A stretch of DNA of 64,000 nt from Hydrolagus affinis. Its lineage: Eukaryota. The translations under genes were made by a program, and so were the position numbers. The stretch lies in NCBI GenBank assembly GCA_012026655.1, contig JAAILG010000002.1:1-64000 (forward strand), written 5' to 3'. Below, piece by piece: positions 24,821-37,865 of the stretch; within the stretch, counting starts at the first letter, position 1, and every line of letters starts with the position of its first letter. Below the pieces are notes generated by a model. That model was not told where the DNA came from and did not search any database. It saw nothing but the letters and a program-made list of their open reading frames with translations.

Positions 24821-27224
24821 AAGAAAAGTGCAAAGCTATTTTTCGGGGTTATACTCAGTTGCCAATTTTTCCTTTAAAAGCTATGGTTCATTTCGGCACG
24901 CAGCATGCTCGCATTTCCAATCAAACCCATCTCGTTTGAAAAGCAGCTGTGGATGAATTTGCAAACGTGCTTTAAAAGGGACAATACATATCACTACAAG
25001 TCATAAGAACCGGCAGCTCTGGATAGATGCATGCTGTGCATTGTTCTGCAGTGAAACATCGGGAGGAATATCAGTCCATCATTATCAAGTTCAATTTCCA
25101 AACCCGGCCAGAAATTCTCGACGAGGTCTAAAAAAGATTTGAATATTAAAATAATTGGTCCGTGATTTATAAAATTGTAACCGGCTTAAGCCGATTAAAT
25201 GCTGATCTTCTTAAACCTGAAATAAAATAACCTATAATTTATCATATATATTTAGGTAAATAAGTTCCAAACCGTCTGAATTTAAAAGGATTATGGAATT
25301 TGTATTGTGAAGCAGAGTGCACATACTGTATTACTCTTTCCATGTTCATTGACGGGATATTGGACATTTGATAACTGGCACTACAAGCAGGGTTTAAAGC
25401 ATGAAAAAGCTTGGAATAAATGAATGCTTACATTTGTTTATTTCTATAACTGTGGAAGTGAAAAATAAATCAATTCCCAAGCTGCTTAAGAATGGCAGAA
25501 AAAAAAATTCAATGTCACGAGTTAGCAACATTCAACTGAATAGGTTTATCAAAATGAAGCCTATTTTCCTTATTTGTACGAGTAAAGCCATACAGAGTTC
25601 CATAATTACTGCCTTTCCCTGAACACCACTGTAATCATCAGTGGAGGCAAAAATGAAATCCTAAAAAGCCGCTAGCAAGATTTAAAGAAGTAACTTTTCC
25701 AGCAACACTGTCATCGACTTTTATTCACAGCAAGACCATCAACAGCAAGCAGTCCACTGCAGAATTAGGACGAGAAATATTCCATTTCAAACCACTTCAT
25801 TACTCAAAAGAAATGCGGATCAATGGACGGATTGCACTCAATGGGAGAAGTCAAAAATTATGTTCTTTTTATTCATAATGGTTACAAATTACTTTTTTTG
25901 GCTCCTGTACAAACGACATCGGTATTGACCTGCGACAGGTGTGGTAGCTGGGCTTCAAATTGAGCTGCGGCTTTGCAAGGAACTGATCAGGTCTCGAAGA
26001 TTTCGTTTGGAAAACGATTAAACCAGTAACAGCTGTTTTCCTGAACAGAAAGTTTTATGCCCACGTTCAATTTGCATACATAAATCTTACGTTACTGACT
26101 GAATTAATACACATTTTCCTCTTGATTAATGGCCACAGTTTATTTGGTGCCGAACGCACTGCGATAAGCTTCCACTTAGATACAGTGAAGCCCCTGGAAT
26201 GTGATGAATCCTGTGCTTTCTGCTATGAGGCTTTGGATGCTTTGTTACAAAGGCTTCAAACACCTGTACAATCGGGGCCGGAGGGAGAGCCATTATAGCA
26301 AAACCACAGTTAGAGAAGAGAGATCAGGGGCTGGAGGAACTTTGATCAGACGGACTAAAATAAATCAGAGTCATTAATAGAACATTGGAAGGACACCATT
26401 GGATTGATACTTCCAACAGTGTCACGGCTGAGATTGGAGCCCCAGCATGTGGAGGATTCAAGGCATAACCTGGATGCTAAACCTCCGCGGTGCTTGACGT
26501 GTGGACTACAACATGCTGGGATGCCCTTCAACTGCACCATTTGAATCTCAGAATTGATAGTGCAGTCATACCACATTTATTTTAAAAATGCATGCTCACT
26601 ATACCTTGACAGATGTCAGAGCTAACATAATGCATGCACAGATCCCATTTCTCAACGCTCCACACCGGCTTTAGAGATCTGTCAGGTACAGCGAGAGCGT
26701 CTTTAAAACAGTCCGACATGAAAGATTGCATAGATGTTGTCAGCAAATCCCTCCTGAGCGCCTCGAAGAAAGATTCGCTAATAATCCTCAAATATCTATA
26801 AATTGTCATCGAGCAGCTGGAAACAAGAGAAATTCGTGAAACAAAAACCTATCATGTTTCTATTTGCACAAAAGAAGAGCACGAACCTATTCAAACGGGA
26901 TTGTGTTAATTAGTCAACTGGTTTAATTTCCAGATATTGTACCACACCCAAACATAAAGTGTTTGCTCTAGAGCTTTGCTATGTTACTAGCAAAGTAACA
27001 TAGAAAAGCTCAGAAACAGAAATAAACATATGGTACTTAGGTATATCTTAGCTGCACAGACGTGATGTCTGCAAAAAAAAAGCATAGTGCATCTATCTGA
27101 ACATTAAATCATCCAATTATTTCCAGGAGTCTTGGAACAATAGTTCAAGCAATGTCAAAAATGCCATATTGTTGCTTTAAACGGTGGAGACATTGCAATA
27201 CAATATTCCATTTGTAAAGCGCCT

Positions 27225-27360
27225 AAAAGGAAGGTGGGGGTGAAGTTCCAGAAGGTGGGGGCAGAGAGGCTGAAGGCCTGACTGCTGATGGTAGGGCGGG
27301 CTGGGCTGGAGATATGGGAGCAGGCAGGAGTCTGCTGAGTGGAGGGAGCGAACAGGTTGT
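27225..27360 (-). mobile_element. L2 LINE ORF2 C-terminal fragment
   Basis: ORF 27155-27448 contains RPTISSQAFSLSAPTFWN, the L2 motif G.RAFS.SAP.LWN. Confidence 0.8.
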
Positions 27361-27361
27361 T

Positions 27362-27425
27362 ACGACAACAAAATACAACAAAATTACATTTGTGTAGCGC
27401 CTTCCACATTGGGAGGACGAAAGAT
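27362..27425 (-). mobile_element. L2-type 3' end with (GTT)n tail
   Basis: CAACAAAATTACATTTGTGTAGCGCCTTCCACATTGGGAGGACG. Confidence 0.75.
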
Positions 27426-27528
27426 ACTTGGTACAAATATATGGCCACTTTATTTATAGTATTATACCATTAGGCTCAAAAGACAATATTACACAAAAAA
27501 AAGGATCCACCCTTTTTATTATCTCGTA

Positions 27529-27867
27529 GAGTCCTGTAGCTCAATGATTAGAGCACTCACAAGTTAGAGACCTGGGTTCTATTCACGGCAGGGCAAAATG
27601 TTCGGCAAGTTTCCTTAATCCACACTCATCTGTTTACCTTGCAGTAAATAAGAACCCGATTGTTAGTCGATTGGCGGAACCCTAAAAATCCCCCAATAAT
27701 TATATGGTCACTCAATCCACAACTGTTTGTGAGACATCGCTGTGCGCAATTTGCTGCTGTGATTCATCCACAAGTCAATTCACTTTACAGTATATTCTGT
27801 GAAGCGCTTTGAGACATCTCGAAGACCTGAAAAGCACGTATCAAATGCAAGGATTATTATTATTATT
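27529..27867 (+). mobile_element. Full-length young SINE (long-centre subfamily)
   Basis: GAGTCCTGTAGCTCAATG head; extra central block TGTTTACCTTGCAGTAAATAAGAACCCG...TTGTTAGTC shared with the 57322 copy; (ATT)n tail. Confidence 0.93.
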
Positions 27868-28164
27868 GTACACTCTGTGGCTGTTTATACAATTTAACTG
27901 TATGCAAATTGGATCCTTTTGTTGACAAACTCACAGTAACTACATATTACTGTTGTCAAACAACTAAACTCCTTGAGATGTAAGGCGTTGTATCAAATGC
28001 AAGGATTAATATTTTTACTATGTTGTCTCTTTCAAGTGAGGCTTTATGAAGTCCTACATGGATTAGCAAAATTAGAATTTGAGCATTGGACAATAGATAT
28101 TCAGACATCTGACAAATATCAGCAGTCTAATGGTCAAACCCGTTGACAGATCAAACAATTGATG

Positions 28165-28640
28165 CACAACAAAAACAAAATTACTCTTATTTTGTTTTTG
28201 TTGTGCCTTTTGCGTCAGGAGGACTTCCCAAGGGCTGGACAGTCGTTGGTTCAGACGCGAGCTAGGGTCAGGAATAGGGACAGTGGAGGGTAAGGGGGAG
28301 ATTTGGCGGTGACCAATGTCACTGTAGAAGAGGAGCATCTTGAGGTGGAACTTGAAGGATGCCAGGGAGAGGCTGAGGGACTGCGGGACGGAGTTCCACA
28401 GGTTTGGGGCAGAGTGGCTGAAGGCTTGCCCGCCAATGGTGGGGCGGGGGACATGGAGAAGGCCAGAGCCTGCTGAGTATAGAGGGCGAGCACGTTGGTA
28501 GGGGATTAGGAGGTCGCAGAGGTTGGGTGGGGGCAAGGTCATAGAGGCTTCGAAGGTGAGAGCCAGGATCTAGAATTGAATCCTCTGGGTGATGGGGAGT
28601 GAATGGAGTCGGGCGAGGATGGGGAGGTGGGGTCACAAAG
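28165..28640 (-). mobile_element. L2 LINE 3' portion: ORF2 C-terminus, 3'UTR and (GTT)n tail
   Basis: PNLCDLLIPYQRARPLYSAGSGLLHVPRPTIGGQAFSHSAPNLWNSVPQSL..SFKFHLK is a typical L2 ORF2 end, followed by CCCTTGGGAAGTCCTCCTGACGCAAAAGGCAC...TAATTTTGTTTTTGTTG. Confidence 0.9.
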
Positions 28641-28971
28641 CTTGGAGCGGTAGATAGCAAGATAGCACACATCAAACATTTGATTCTTGTTTTCATATTG
28701 CACAAAGACTGCAGGATGTTTCTTTGATTTAAAACACTGGGCTCAAATCTCTTCGGGGCAAATAGTTGCAATTTACTGCTGGCAGCAATGATGTAAAATG
28801 CAATGACATTATACGATAAAATTTATGAGATACTTTGTCAATAAACACACAAAAGGACAAATTGGGAAATATTAAGGCTGCAGCTTAATGGAACCGCCAT
28901 AAGTATAGTGGTTTAAATCATGCAAATAACAATTGATAATCATCGAATTTAGTAGAGCAGTCTGGGGGGGG

Positions 28972-29110
28972 TGGAATGTCTCAAAGTACTTCACAATTTT
29001 TGCTGTGAAGTGTAGTGACTGTATTTTTTTTAATAAGTAAACGCAGTAGCAAATGCGCACACAGCAATGTCCCAACTGCTATGAGTGAATGGTCAATTTT
29101 ATCTGGGAAT
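28972..29110 (-). mobile_element. Old SINE 3' half
   Basis: GTCTCAAAGTACTTCACA...GCAAATGCGCACACAGCAATGTCCCA...GAATGGTCAATTT, the reverse of the SINE body. Confidence 0.7.
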
Positions 29111-30025
29111 AAATTTTTGGTCAACTCGGTGTCTGATACATGCTTAAGCGTATCCAAGCCAGACAAAGATCCATGTTTGCCACCTGCGCATGGAAATTCG
29201 AGGATTGGAATGCAGACTCTCTCCCTGGCCGTTTGCCAAATTTTCCGAAAAGCAGGAGCCACAAGTTGGCAAAAAAAACACAAAGCTTGCACGTCTGAAA
29301 GTGTTTATCGTGCATGCTGCTGGAGTTTAACCAATCAAAAATACAGAGTTCATCATTGAATGGCTAGTGAAAGTGTGCATTTTACTTCAAACCTCAAATC
29401 ATCCAATTATTTCTGAGAGTCCATTGAGCCTGGCTACCAATTAACAGTGTCAAAAATGCCGTATCGTAGCTTTAAGCATTGGAGCGATTTTAACACAGTA
29501 TCCTGACCACTCCATATGTAGGGCCACTTTCTTTATAGTGTTGTACCATCCAGCTCAAAACAATATCACACACTAAATTGACCACTATGTACCACAGACA
29601 AAACTGAGGTGGTTGGCTTAAGGAACGGTATCAATACTCGGGTTTATGTTCAATTGACCAGTTATTTCAATCGACAGCTTTGGAATCTCCCACAGTGGTC
29701 CACGGAAGCTGACAGAAGTTCTTCACAGAACGGCTGAATCTCTCTCTCTCTCTCGGGAGAGAGAAAGTTCTGCATACTGTGCTCCCAAAAAATTGAATTG
29801 AATAAAACTCCAGCCATCCTTCATTCCTCTGTTACTGACGGTGCAATCGATATAGATCCCTTACGATTACATTTAGAACTCTCTAAATATTCATTTTGGA
29901 AGCCACTGTGGTAAGTCATTGTATAATTGCATATCAAATTAACATTTTAAAAAAATAAATAGAAGCGCAAGTGCATTGGTCACAGCTCTGCTACTATAAT
30001 AAACAGCAGATCTTGTCCTGATAAA

Positions 30026-30295
30026 GCGGGTTCACTTACAAGGCAGGTACCCCATGGGCCACGGAAGGAGGTTTCTTCGTGTGGATGAGCCGCCGACTTT
30101 TATCTATTGCTGCGTGCTGTAGGAAGTGACGTCGGTGACGACCTGATGACTTGGAAGTCCACCATTACTGAGTGTGGCGTTCTACATCACGAGCATTGAC
30201 GAGGCGGAAGACTGAGCGGGAGCCACTCATTATCGCACCCCCTTAAAAGGCACTTTGGAGTTCCTCAGATCTCGACTACCACGTCAAAACGAGGT
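30026..30295. promoter_or_regulatory. CpG-rich non-repeat patch with ETS-CRE composite; candidate promoter/enhancer
   Basis: About 18 CpG in 270 bp; GGAAGTGACGTC at 30122-30133, extra TGACG half-sites at about 30136, 30197 and 30282 (reverse). Confidence 0.45.
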
Positions 30296-32889
30296 TTATG
30301 TTTTGCACAAATGCCCACCAAATCAATGAACTGCCATGGTACTAAACACACAGAAGCTGAATTAAACCTCAGGTAATTGTGAGTGGGATGATATCCATAG
30401 GCCAGGATGGATGGACCAGAATAATGGATATGGGATAATGGTGTCAGCTCTCAAGGCCTTTATTACATTTTTTTTGCCCTTCGAAGTATGTTAGTGCCCC
30501 CAAGACATACTGATGTGACGTTAACATTTATTGTCAGGACTTAAATGGAATAGCATTTTGGACTCCCTTCCTCTAAAGTCCGAGAGAAGATTACTTTATC
30601 TCCTTGATGGACAGCTCAGAGGTGAACAGCTATGAAAGAAAATCCATCGGAAGGAGGGAGTACAGATAGTAAGAGGAGAAAGGAAAATTGCAACCCTTTC
30701 TCTAAACTTAACTGAATCAAGCCAGAAAAAATCTATACAGCTCTTAATGGAAGAGAAATGGAATAAGCAGTAAAGGCACAAAAGGTCTGAGTGTTGCATC
30801 AGAAGGCACAGTGAGGTGGACATTTTTAATACTACTTATTAGGCTCCTTGCAGACTGAGTCTTCTTTGGATCTACTTTTCTATTGCAAGTAACTATGGAG
30901 ACAGACATGTCTGGTGCACAGAAAAATCCCTAAGTCTACATTCAAAGTCACAATAACTTGTTCTTTTTTTTTCCAGATTGTCTTCCCAACAGAACAAAGT
31001 TACTTTTAACATGCCCTTTCAGGTTTAAGAAGACTGTGTGTTGTTCCATATGTTGCGACACAGAACCGTACCTTAATCTAACTTTTGTACATGTGTCAGT
31101 TGACTTAATTGCAGGCAACGACTGAACTCTTTTGCATCTGTACATTTCAAATGGTCAGCACTGGAGAAATCTTAGCATTAATTTTGACAACCTGTATTAA
31201 ACGGAAGGTTTTCCCCCTACAACCCAAACAAGAGCCAGGATGCATTGTAAGTATGCTTAAACACTTTGAATGGTTTGTTGCATTGAACCTGAGAATTTTC
31301 TTGGGCCAGATACGATGAATAATGCAATAACATTTGACAAATTACTGTACGTTTGTCATTTCATTGTCATGCTGAGGTTTTCTTTGTGGGCAAAGACAAT
31401 TACCCCCAAATACACCTGTTAGAATCTTTTGTACTCCTTTACTGCCTCACCTGGTCATTTTTAATTTTTTTGTGCGTTTTACTACTAAAATATATTTCCC
31501 CCTTTGTTTCTCTCACTCACAGAGACCCATAAAGTTGAACCCCAATAAATGACCCTTGTTCTACTCTCATTACAACTTGCTCAATTTACTTCAATAAATG
31601 GCTTTACTGGTTCCTGCTTATAAACCAAGGAGGTGGTGATCTCGAACTTTACCGAGAAGCAAAGCCAGTCTTATTACAAGCAAAGATGGCCTAGCCCCTA
31701 CTTCCCAGTAGCACACTTCAACCATCAATCAGAGAGCAGAAACAAGCAGCAAATACAATTACCAAGGGAGTAGAGTGACAGCCAGGCATGTCAGTTGTGT
31801 ACGCTATATTTATTGACGTTCTGTGATACTGTATTCCAAAAGCCAGACATAAAACATCGTTACTTCTTGAATTAATGTCATTCTCAACTCATGACCTTTG
31901 GTGGTTCCGTATTAAGCCACCCAAACATAAGCTGTCCTATTTTTTTTGCCGGGTGGGGGAGGCGGGGCGGGGGAGTAATTTGGCATTTTTTAAATCAAAT
32001 TGGTAGTGGAGAACTACCCCTGGTGTCCATATAATGTGCAACAAAACAGAAAGGCAGATTATGTTGTGGCAGAATATAGACAAGTTCCAATCTAATCGAT
32101 TTTCACTAGCAAATTGTCCAGTTTCAGCTCATCTAGCTTCTTATCTAACCGAATCAGCTGTTTTCCAGGGTTGACATAAATCCACCTGGATATTTACTAT
32201 TCAGGCAAGAGCACAGCTCATCTGAGCATAATGTATTGCTTGGCCACTGCGGATCTGGTCTGTAGTTTAAGTGCGTTAACGGTGCTATCAGCTGATTGTA
32301 AACTTGAGTGAATTGTGCCGAAGACAAGTTAATTATAAAGGCGTTGGGTGATCTTGTAATCTGTCGGTGGGTAATGTTCTGCATGTCCAGATCATCTGTA
32401 AGAGTGGCTGAGGACTGAGTGATCTGTAATTATTCCTTCTCCAAGACGCAAAGGAAATGGTCTGGCTAATTCAGACTCGGGAACAGAAAAGGAACAAGCA
32501 AAGAACAAACATATCAGAGGATCACAGGCAAGTCGCAGGGATTGAAGAAATATTAATGAAAGTTTTGAGTGAGCAAAATGACATGTTTTTAAATAAAGGT
32601 TTCGGGTCAGTGGAGGTTCAGTTCTCAACCGCATTTGTACTGCGATCTGTGGCATTCAACCGTATTAACCAAGCTCTGCTCCCCAAAAAAATCAAACTGA
32701 AAAACTAAGCTTCTCTGTTCATTCTAACAAACACTGAATTTAAGATCAACCAACCGACCAATTCAAGGCTTGCGGTGAAGGGCTGGGGAACTGGGGGTAT
32801 GAAGGAGGAACAGCTGCTTCTTTATCTCTGGGACACGAATGTGAATTGCAGATTTGACTGAAAGATTCATCTCTTCAATCCGTGTACCA

Positions 32890-33052
32890 CAGGAACACAT
32901 AGGAACAAAGACACAGGACTAGGCCAGTGAGCCCCTTGAGTCTATTCTACCATTCTGTTAGATCATGGTTGATTTGTACCTCAATTCTAATTATCTGCCT
33001 TTGCACCATATCCCTTGATGCCCTTACCTAACATCCACCTCAGTCTTGAAAA
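32890..33052 (-). mobile_element. CR1 LINE 3' end
   Basis: ACATAGGAAC...AGGACTAGGCCAGTGAGCCCCTTGAG...TAGATCATGGTTGATTTGTACCTCAA...CCATATCCCTTGATGCCCTTACCTAAC, the reverse of a CR1 3'UTR. Confidence 0.8.
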
Positions 33053-36000
33053 TATGAATGGATCCAGTAAAGATCCTGTGTTTGCTCACTCTTCCACCAT
33101 TACCAAGCGAATATTCATACTGCCCATATATCAGGACTCTTACCTCGCACTGGTTACAAATGAACAGGACTAACAAATCTATTACTCCAAAGGAATAAAA
33201 AGGATATCTCTCTTGAGGTATACGAGGTGGACTATGAAGAACATCTAACCTCTGGTATTCAAGGACATAGTCATGGCATGTGACAAAAATGCTCTGTTGC
33301 CCAGCAATGACGTCTCCCAGTTTGATGAGCACGAAAGATTCACACCTCCAGTATATAGGAAGCAATCGCACACCCACAAGCCTTTACTGTGTTAAGCACT
33401 CAGTGCCTGAAGAAACTAGAAGGCAATTTTCAATTATTCAATATTGCATAAAAATGCAATCCGTTTAAAAAATATGAACAGATTATCAATTTCCTTAACT
33501 CGGGTCCAATCCATATTTATGAAGTAATTAGATTTACAAGAACAGCGCAAAAATACAGAGTAGCTTATTTCTCCATCTCCAGTGCCAAGTAATTATTGCT
33601 TTTCATTCTTTTTTCTCCCTCCCCACCCATCTCCCACCTTTATAATCCGATGTATAACAGTTTAGCCAGAGGCTGCATTCACTAAAACAAAACCCGGAAC
33701 GCGAGTAGGGAAACGGCAAGCGCTGTAATCAAAAAGAAATAAAGGTTCCTTGTAGATTTGCATTGTTGCTTTTTGTCATTTCATCTTTTTCTATTAAAAC
33801 AGACGTTCCTGTTAAAGTGAACCCTGAGGGAATAGCCACCAAAAACGATGAGGTGGCATTCTCTGAATATGAAGTACTTTACGTGTCTGAAACAACTCAG
33901 CTTGGAAATGAAAGCATCTGTCAGCTTTTATAGGCATCTAGTGATGAACCAATTCAATTATATTTGTGTTATTTAAATCAGGTTACGTCTCGAACACCTA
34001 ATTTGCAGCAAGTCGTAATTACTCTTTAAGTCCATTATATGGTTTGATTTATAATCTTGGGATAAAATACTTGCCTCCTTTCAACAAAGTGGCAATGTTT
34101 AAGTCTGAAATGGCTCATTAATTAGCTTATAACATTTCAAGAAGGACCCAATCACTTCATTTACTAAAAATGGCAATTTTAACAAGTTCAGATGTTCCGT
34201 AATGCTATTTTAATTGTTTCCCTGACTTGTTTCCACACAATATCATGAGGAAAGGACTTAGCAGTTAAAATCCAAAGGCATTTTTATGATCCACGAAGGA
34301 ACACTTGCTCTTGGTGACACTTTTCTTCGCATGCGCAGGAAATGTGGATAAGATAAGTCCTTGCTGGATTTGAGGTAAATTCACGCAGTTAATAGACCAG
34401 CATTCAACTTACTGACTGATTCCTTGATCTATCACCTAACCCATTTGCAAACTGTGCTGACATACTTTTAACGATTCTAGCTTGTCTTGCACATTGAGGC
34501 ACAAGACATACTATCTGTAAAGCACTGTGCTGTACAGATGAGAAACATCTTGATCACGTACAAATAAAGTTTGTCATAAAAAGATTACGTGTTCAAGAAC
34601 ACAAATCTTGGAGGGGGCAGTAGAATCAGTTCTTATTTATTTCACCCACTTGTCAAATGGACTTTGGCTAACTTTCGGATTCACAATTCGCTGACTGCAA
34701 ATTTCTTAATCCGAATGTTCATAAAGGCAAAGAACCACAATTTACCCTTTTGAACTCCTCTATTTGGGAAGTTACTGCTAGACCAACCAAGCTTGTGTGA
34801 TAAAGGAACAAAGAATCAACCAGGTATAAGATCGTTACTCCAAATGTTCAAGTTTTAAATTCATTGCCTAGCCGCAGTCTATAGGCAGCAATCCCTGGTC
34901 TTATCAGGTACAGGAATACTTGCCCAGAATGTTAAGTTGAGGTCCCAGTTTAATTACAAATTATTGTGTTCAAAATTCCATGCAGAAATAATGTCAACGA
35001 CTATTCACAAAACATTAAATGATACATTTATGCCAGTGCAAAGCCGTATCTTTCCTTAAATGTACACGGAGACAGCATCACTGTGCTCTTACAGTACATA
35101 TAACACATAAATAGCTTGGGAATTAGCATTGCCACTGACATTATTGGAAGTCAGCATAAAATGCAATAGTAACAAGATATCAAACCTAGCCCAGTGACTC
35201 ACAACACTGAATACCTGCTAGAATACAAATCTACATTGACCAGTGAAAACATCCTGCTCTAGTACTTGTCTTTCACAATATTCATTTAAATTAAGTCTTT
35301 AGAAGAACTGTACATTAGGGTATAATGTTTAAGTCTGATTTTTGCAGGAACTGCTAATCTACAATAAATTAACAGCAAGCTCCGGTTTGATTTAAGACAC
35401 AACTACAAAATGTATCTTATGGCAGTGCTGGATTTGTGCAGCATTAAAAAGAGGATATAAAAGAACTGCAAAATGTATTTAAGGAAATCTTGGAAATAAC
35501 CTTGTTCAAAAGGTAGCAACATCAGCACATTACAGCGCTGTTGGGAGTTGTTCCTCCCCTGTAAGAACATCAGTCTTGTTCCTGAATCACAACATGCCCA
35601 ACGTTATAAAACTACAAAGCTGTAACCTGTATTATTAATAGTTTGTGTGTCTGCAGTTCATTATGGAGAAGAATGGCCGTGTGGGTGGAACAGCCCATAA
35701 GCTGCAACAGCAAGTGTGGCTTCATTTCCTAGCTGCTGGAGATGAAAGCGGGACTGGTGGCTTGCGTATCTCACCACATTAAATACAAGTTAAATGAGCA
35801 TCCTTGCACTCAGATTTCCATTTCCATCTGACACGAAGCCAATGCTCTCTACAAACTGCAATAAACAGCTCCTGTACTTCATATTGTTGCAGTCGTGTAT
35901 GCATTTATGTGTGTGCATTAACATAGACATTATTATCATGTAAACTGACCTCCACATCATGAATAATACTGAACAATGGTTTATATAGCCATTCACTGCT

Positions 36001-36580
36001 AATTGTCACCTTAACAGGTCTCCCCCTAGAGGACTCACTAATTCCCAGGTGTTTCTCCAGAGAGTTTTTACATTAGAGTTTTGGCGAAAACCTCCAGTAA
36101 TCACTGTGGAGATTGGTTGGGACTATTGCAGGGAGAAGCAATGGTAATCATTCATCTTATCTATTAAACGTTCAATTCTTCGCTTCCTGTTACAATATCC
36201 AAGTCCTCTGATGCTGACATTGTGTTTAAACTGCGGTGAAGGTCAGAACGTCTATTTTCTGTTAACATTTCCTTTACACCGTCCTGTGTGGAAATCTTTT
36301 TACCCCGACCAGTTGTTGGTTGAAAAAAAACACATGCAGCCATTATTGTAGGCCATTCCCCAGCGTTCGCCATCAACAAGGTTTGAGAAAAGCACCACCA
36401 CAACACAAAAATCATTCATTACATTCATTATATGGGGTCTATTTGACAATATTAATGTCCAGCAATTGAGTAGCACGGAGCAGAAATGATGCAATTGAAG
36501 TGGTCAAAAGGCAATGCAGTACTACAGAGAGAAAATCAAATATGTGAAAGCCAAATGTCAATTCAGCTGGTACCTTAGGG

Positions 36581-36859
36581 CAGCGGTTCTCATCCAGGCG
36601 TACAGGTGGCAGAACACTGATTTATTTGGCTCTCTTATTTAGCGTTTTATAGCCATCCAAAATGTATATTTAATTGTCATTCCCCTCGCTTTGTATGTGC
36701 TGGTTATTTTGTTTTAGAAGAAAAGCTTGGTCATAAAATGCAAGTGGAATGAGGGAGGTGGTGGGTGCGTGTGTGTGTGTGTGTGGTTGGGGAGAGGGCA
36801 CACGATAATGTTGAAAATTAACAATGGGTACATTACTGAAAAAGGTTGAGAAACCACTG
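36581..36859. mobile_element. hAT-Charlie-like non-autonomous DNA transposon (MITE)
   Basis: TIRs CAGCGGTTCTCATCC / GGTTGAGAAACCACTG; 8-bp TSD CCTTAGGG (36573-36580) / CCTCAGGG (36860-36867). Confidence 0.75.
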
Positions 36860-36977
36860 CCTCAGGGTGATAGTATAGAATGGTAGGAGGTGTGGATCTC
36901 TGCCTTGGAACACCGCATATGTCTTATGTTGCAGATCAAACCTTAACGTTGCCGACCACAACGTTGTCGAGCCGCTT

Positions 36978-37105
36978 TAATAATAATAATAATAATAATA
37001 ATCCTCGCATTTCATATAGCACCTTACCATGTCTTCCAGACGTCGCACAGCGCATCGCAGAATATACTGTAAAGCGGATTGACTCTGCATTTTTGTGGGC
37101 GCAAT
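36978..37105 (-). mobile_element. Young SINE 3' end with long (AAT)n tail
   Basis: (AAT)n CCTCGCATTTCATATAGCACC...GAATATACTGTAAAGCGGATTGACT. Confidence 0.85.
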
Positions 37106-37571
37106 GATGCTGGTCTGAGTGTATTCCAGTCGAGAAGAAAGATCTTATCAGCAGGTGTATTGTACACAAGCCAACCGCCTATTTATCACGCTGTCGGCAT
37201 GTCCATATTGGTGCCAAGCTTGGTCCACACCGAGTCTCCAGGCACCAGCTGACAGGAATGGTAAATTACCCACTAAAATCGCAGGATTCTTCATCCTTCA
37301 AGTTCAACCCACCATGTACACAGGGAATTGCCATTACCGTGAGAAGAGTAAGTCACCCAGGGATTGTGTACTTTTTAAGAGCTTTTGGGCCCACGCACCG
37401 CTATCTTCGCGACCCTTCTCTTTGACAAACACAAGCTCACCTTCTGTACTGTGCCCTCAGTTCTTTGATCAGCGGAGGCAGTGCCGAGACCCCCGGGGAT
37501 CGAGAAGGAGAGCCAGACAAATATCGGGAAGAGAGTCCAAATGACTCTGTTCCTAAGTACTGTGCATCTGG

Positions 37572-37660
37572 AACAGTAGAAATTTACAACATACTTGGAG
37601 GGCCATTCGTCCCTTATGCCTGTGCTGGTTCGCGGAGCAAGCTATCCATTTAGTCCCATT
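37572..37660 (-). mobile_element. CR1 LINE 3' tail
   Basis: TAGAAATTTACAAC...GGCCATTCGTCCCTTATGCCTGTGCTGG...GCTATCCATTTAGTCCC, the reverse of a CR1 terminal hairpin region. Confidence 0.7.
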
Positions 37661-37804
37661 ATCCTATTGAACTGGAGATATTTACAGCACTGAGGAAGGA
37701 GGTTTAGTTCCTTAACTACCCCTGGGCAGAACTAATGAGCGGAATACATTTAGGACTAGTGCAATTTGGACCCACAGTAAACAATCAGTATAATAATACG
37801 TAGT

Positions 37805-37865
37805 AATTGGGATGTTCTCCTGATGTGAAAGATGCTTTACAAGTGTAATTTTGTTATTGTTGTCG
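37805..37865 (+). mobile_element. L2-type 3' end
   Basis: TTGGGATGTTCTCCTGATGTGAAAGATGCTTTACAAGTGTAATTTTGTTATTGTTG. Confidence 0.7.
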
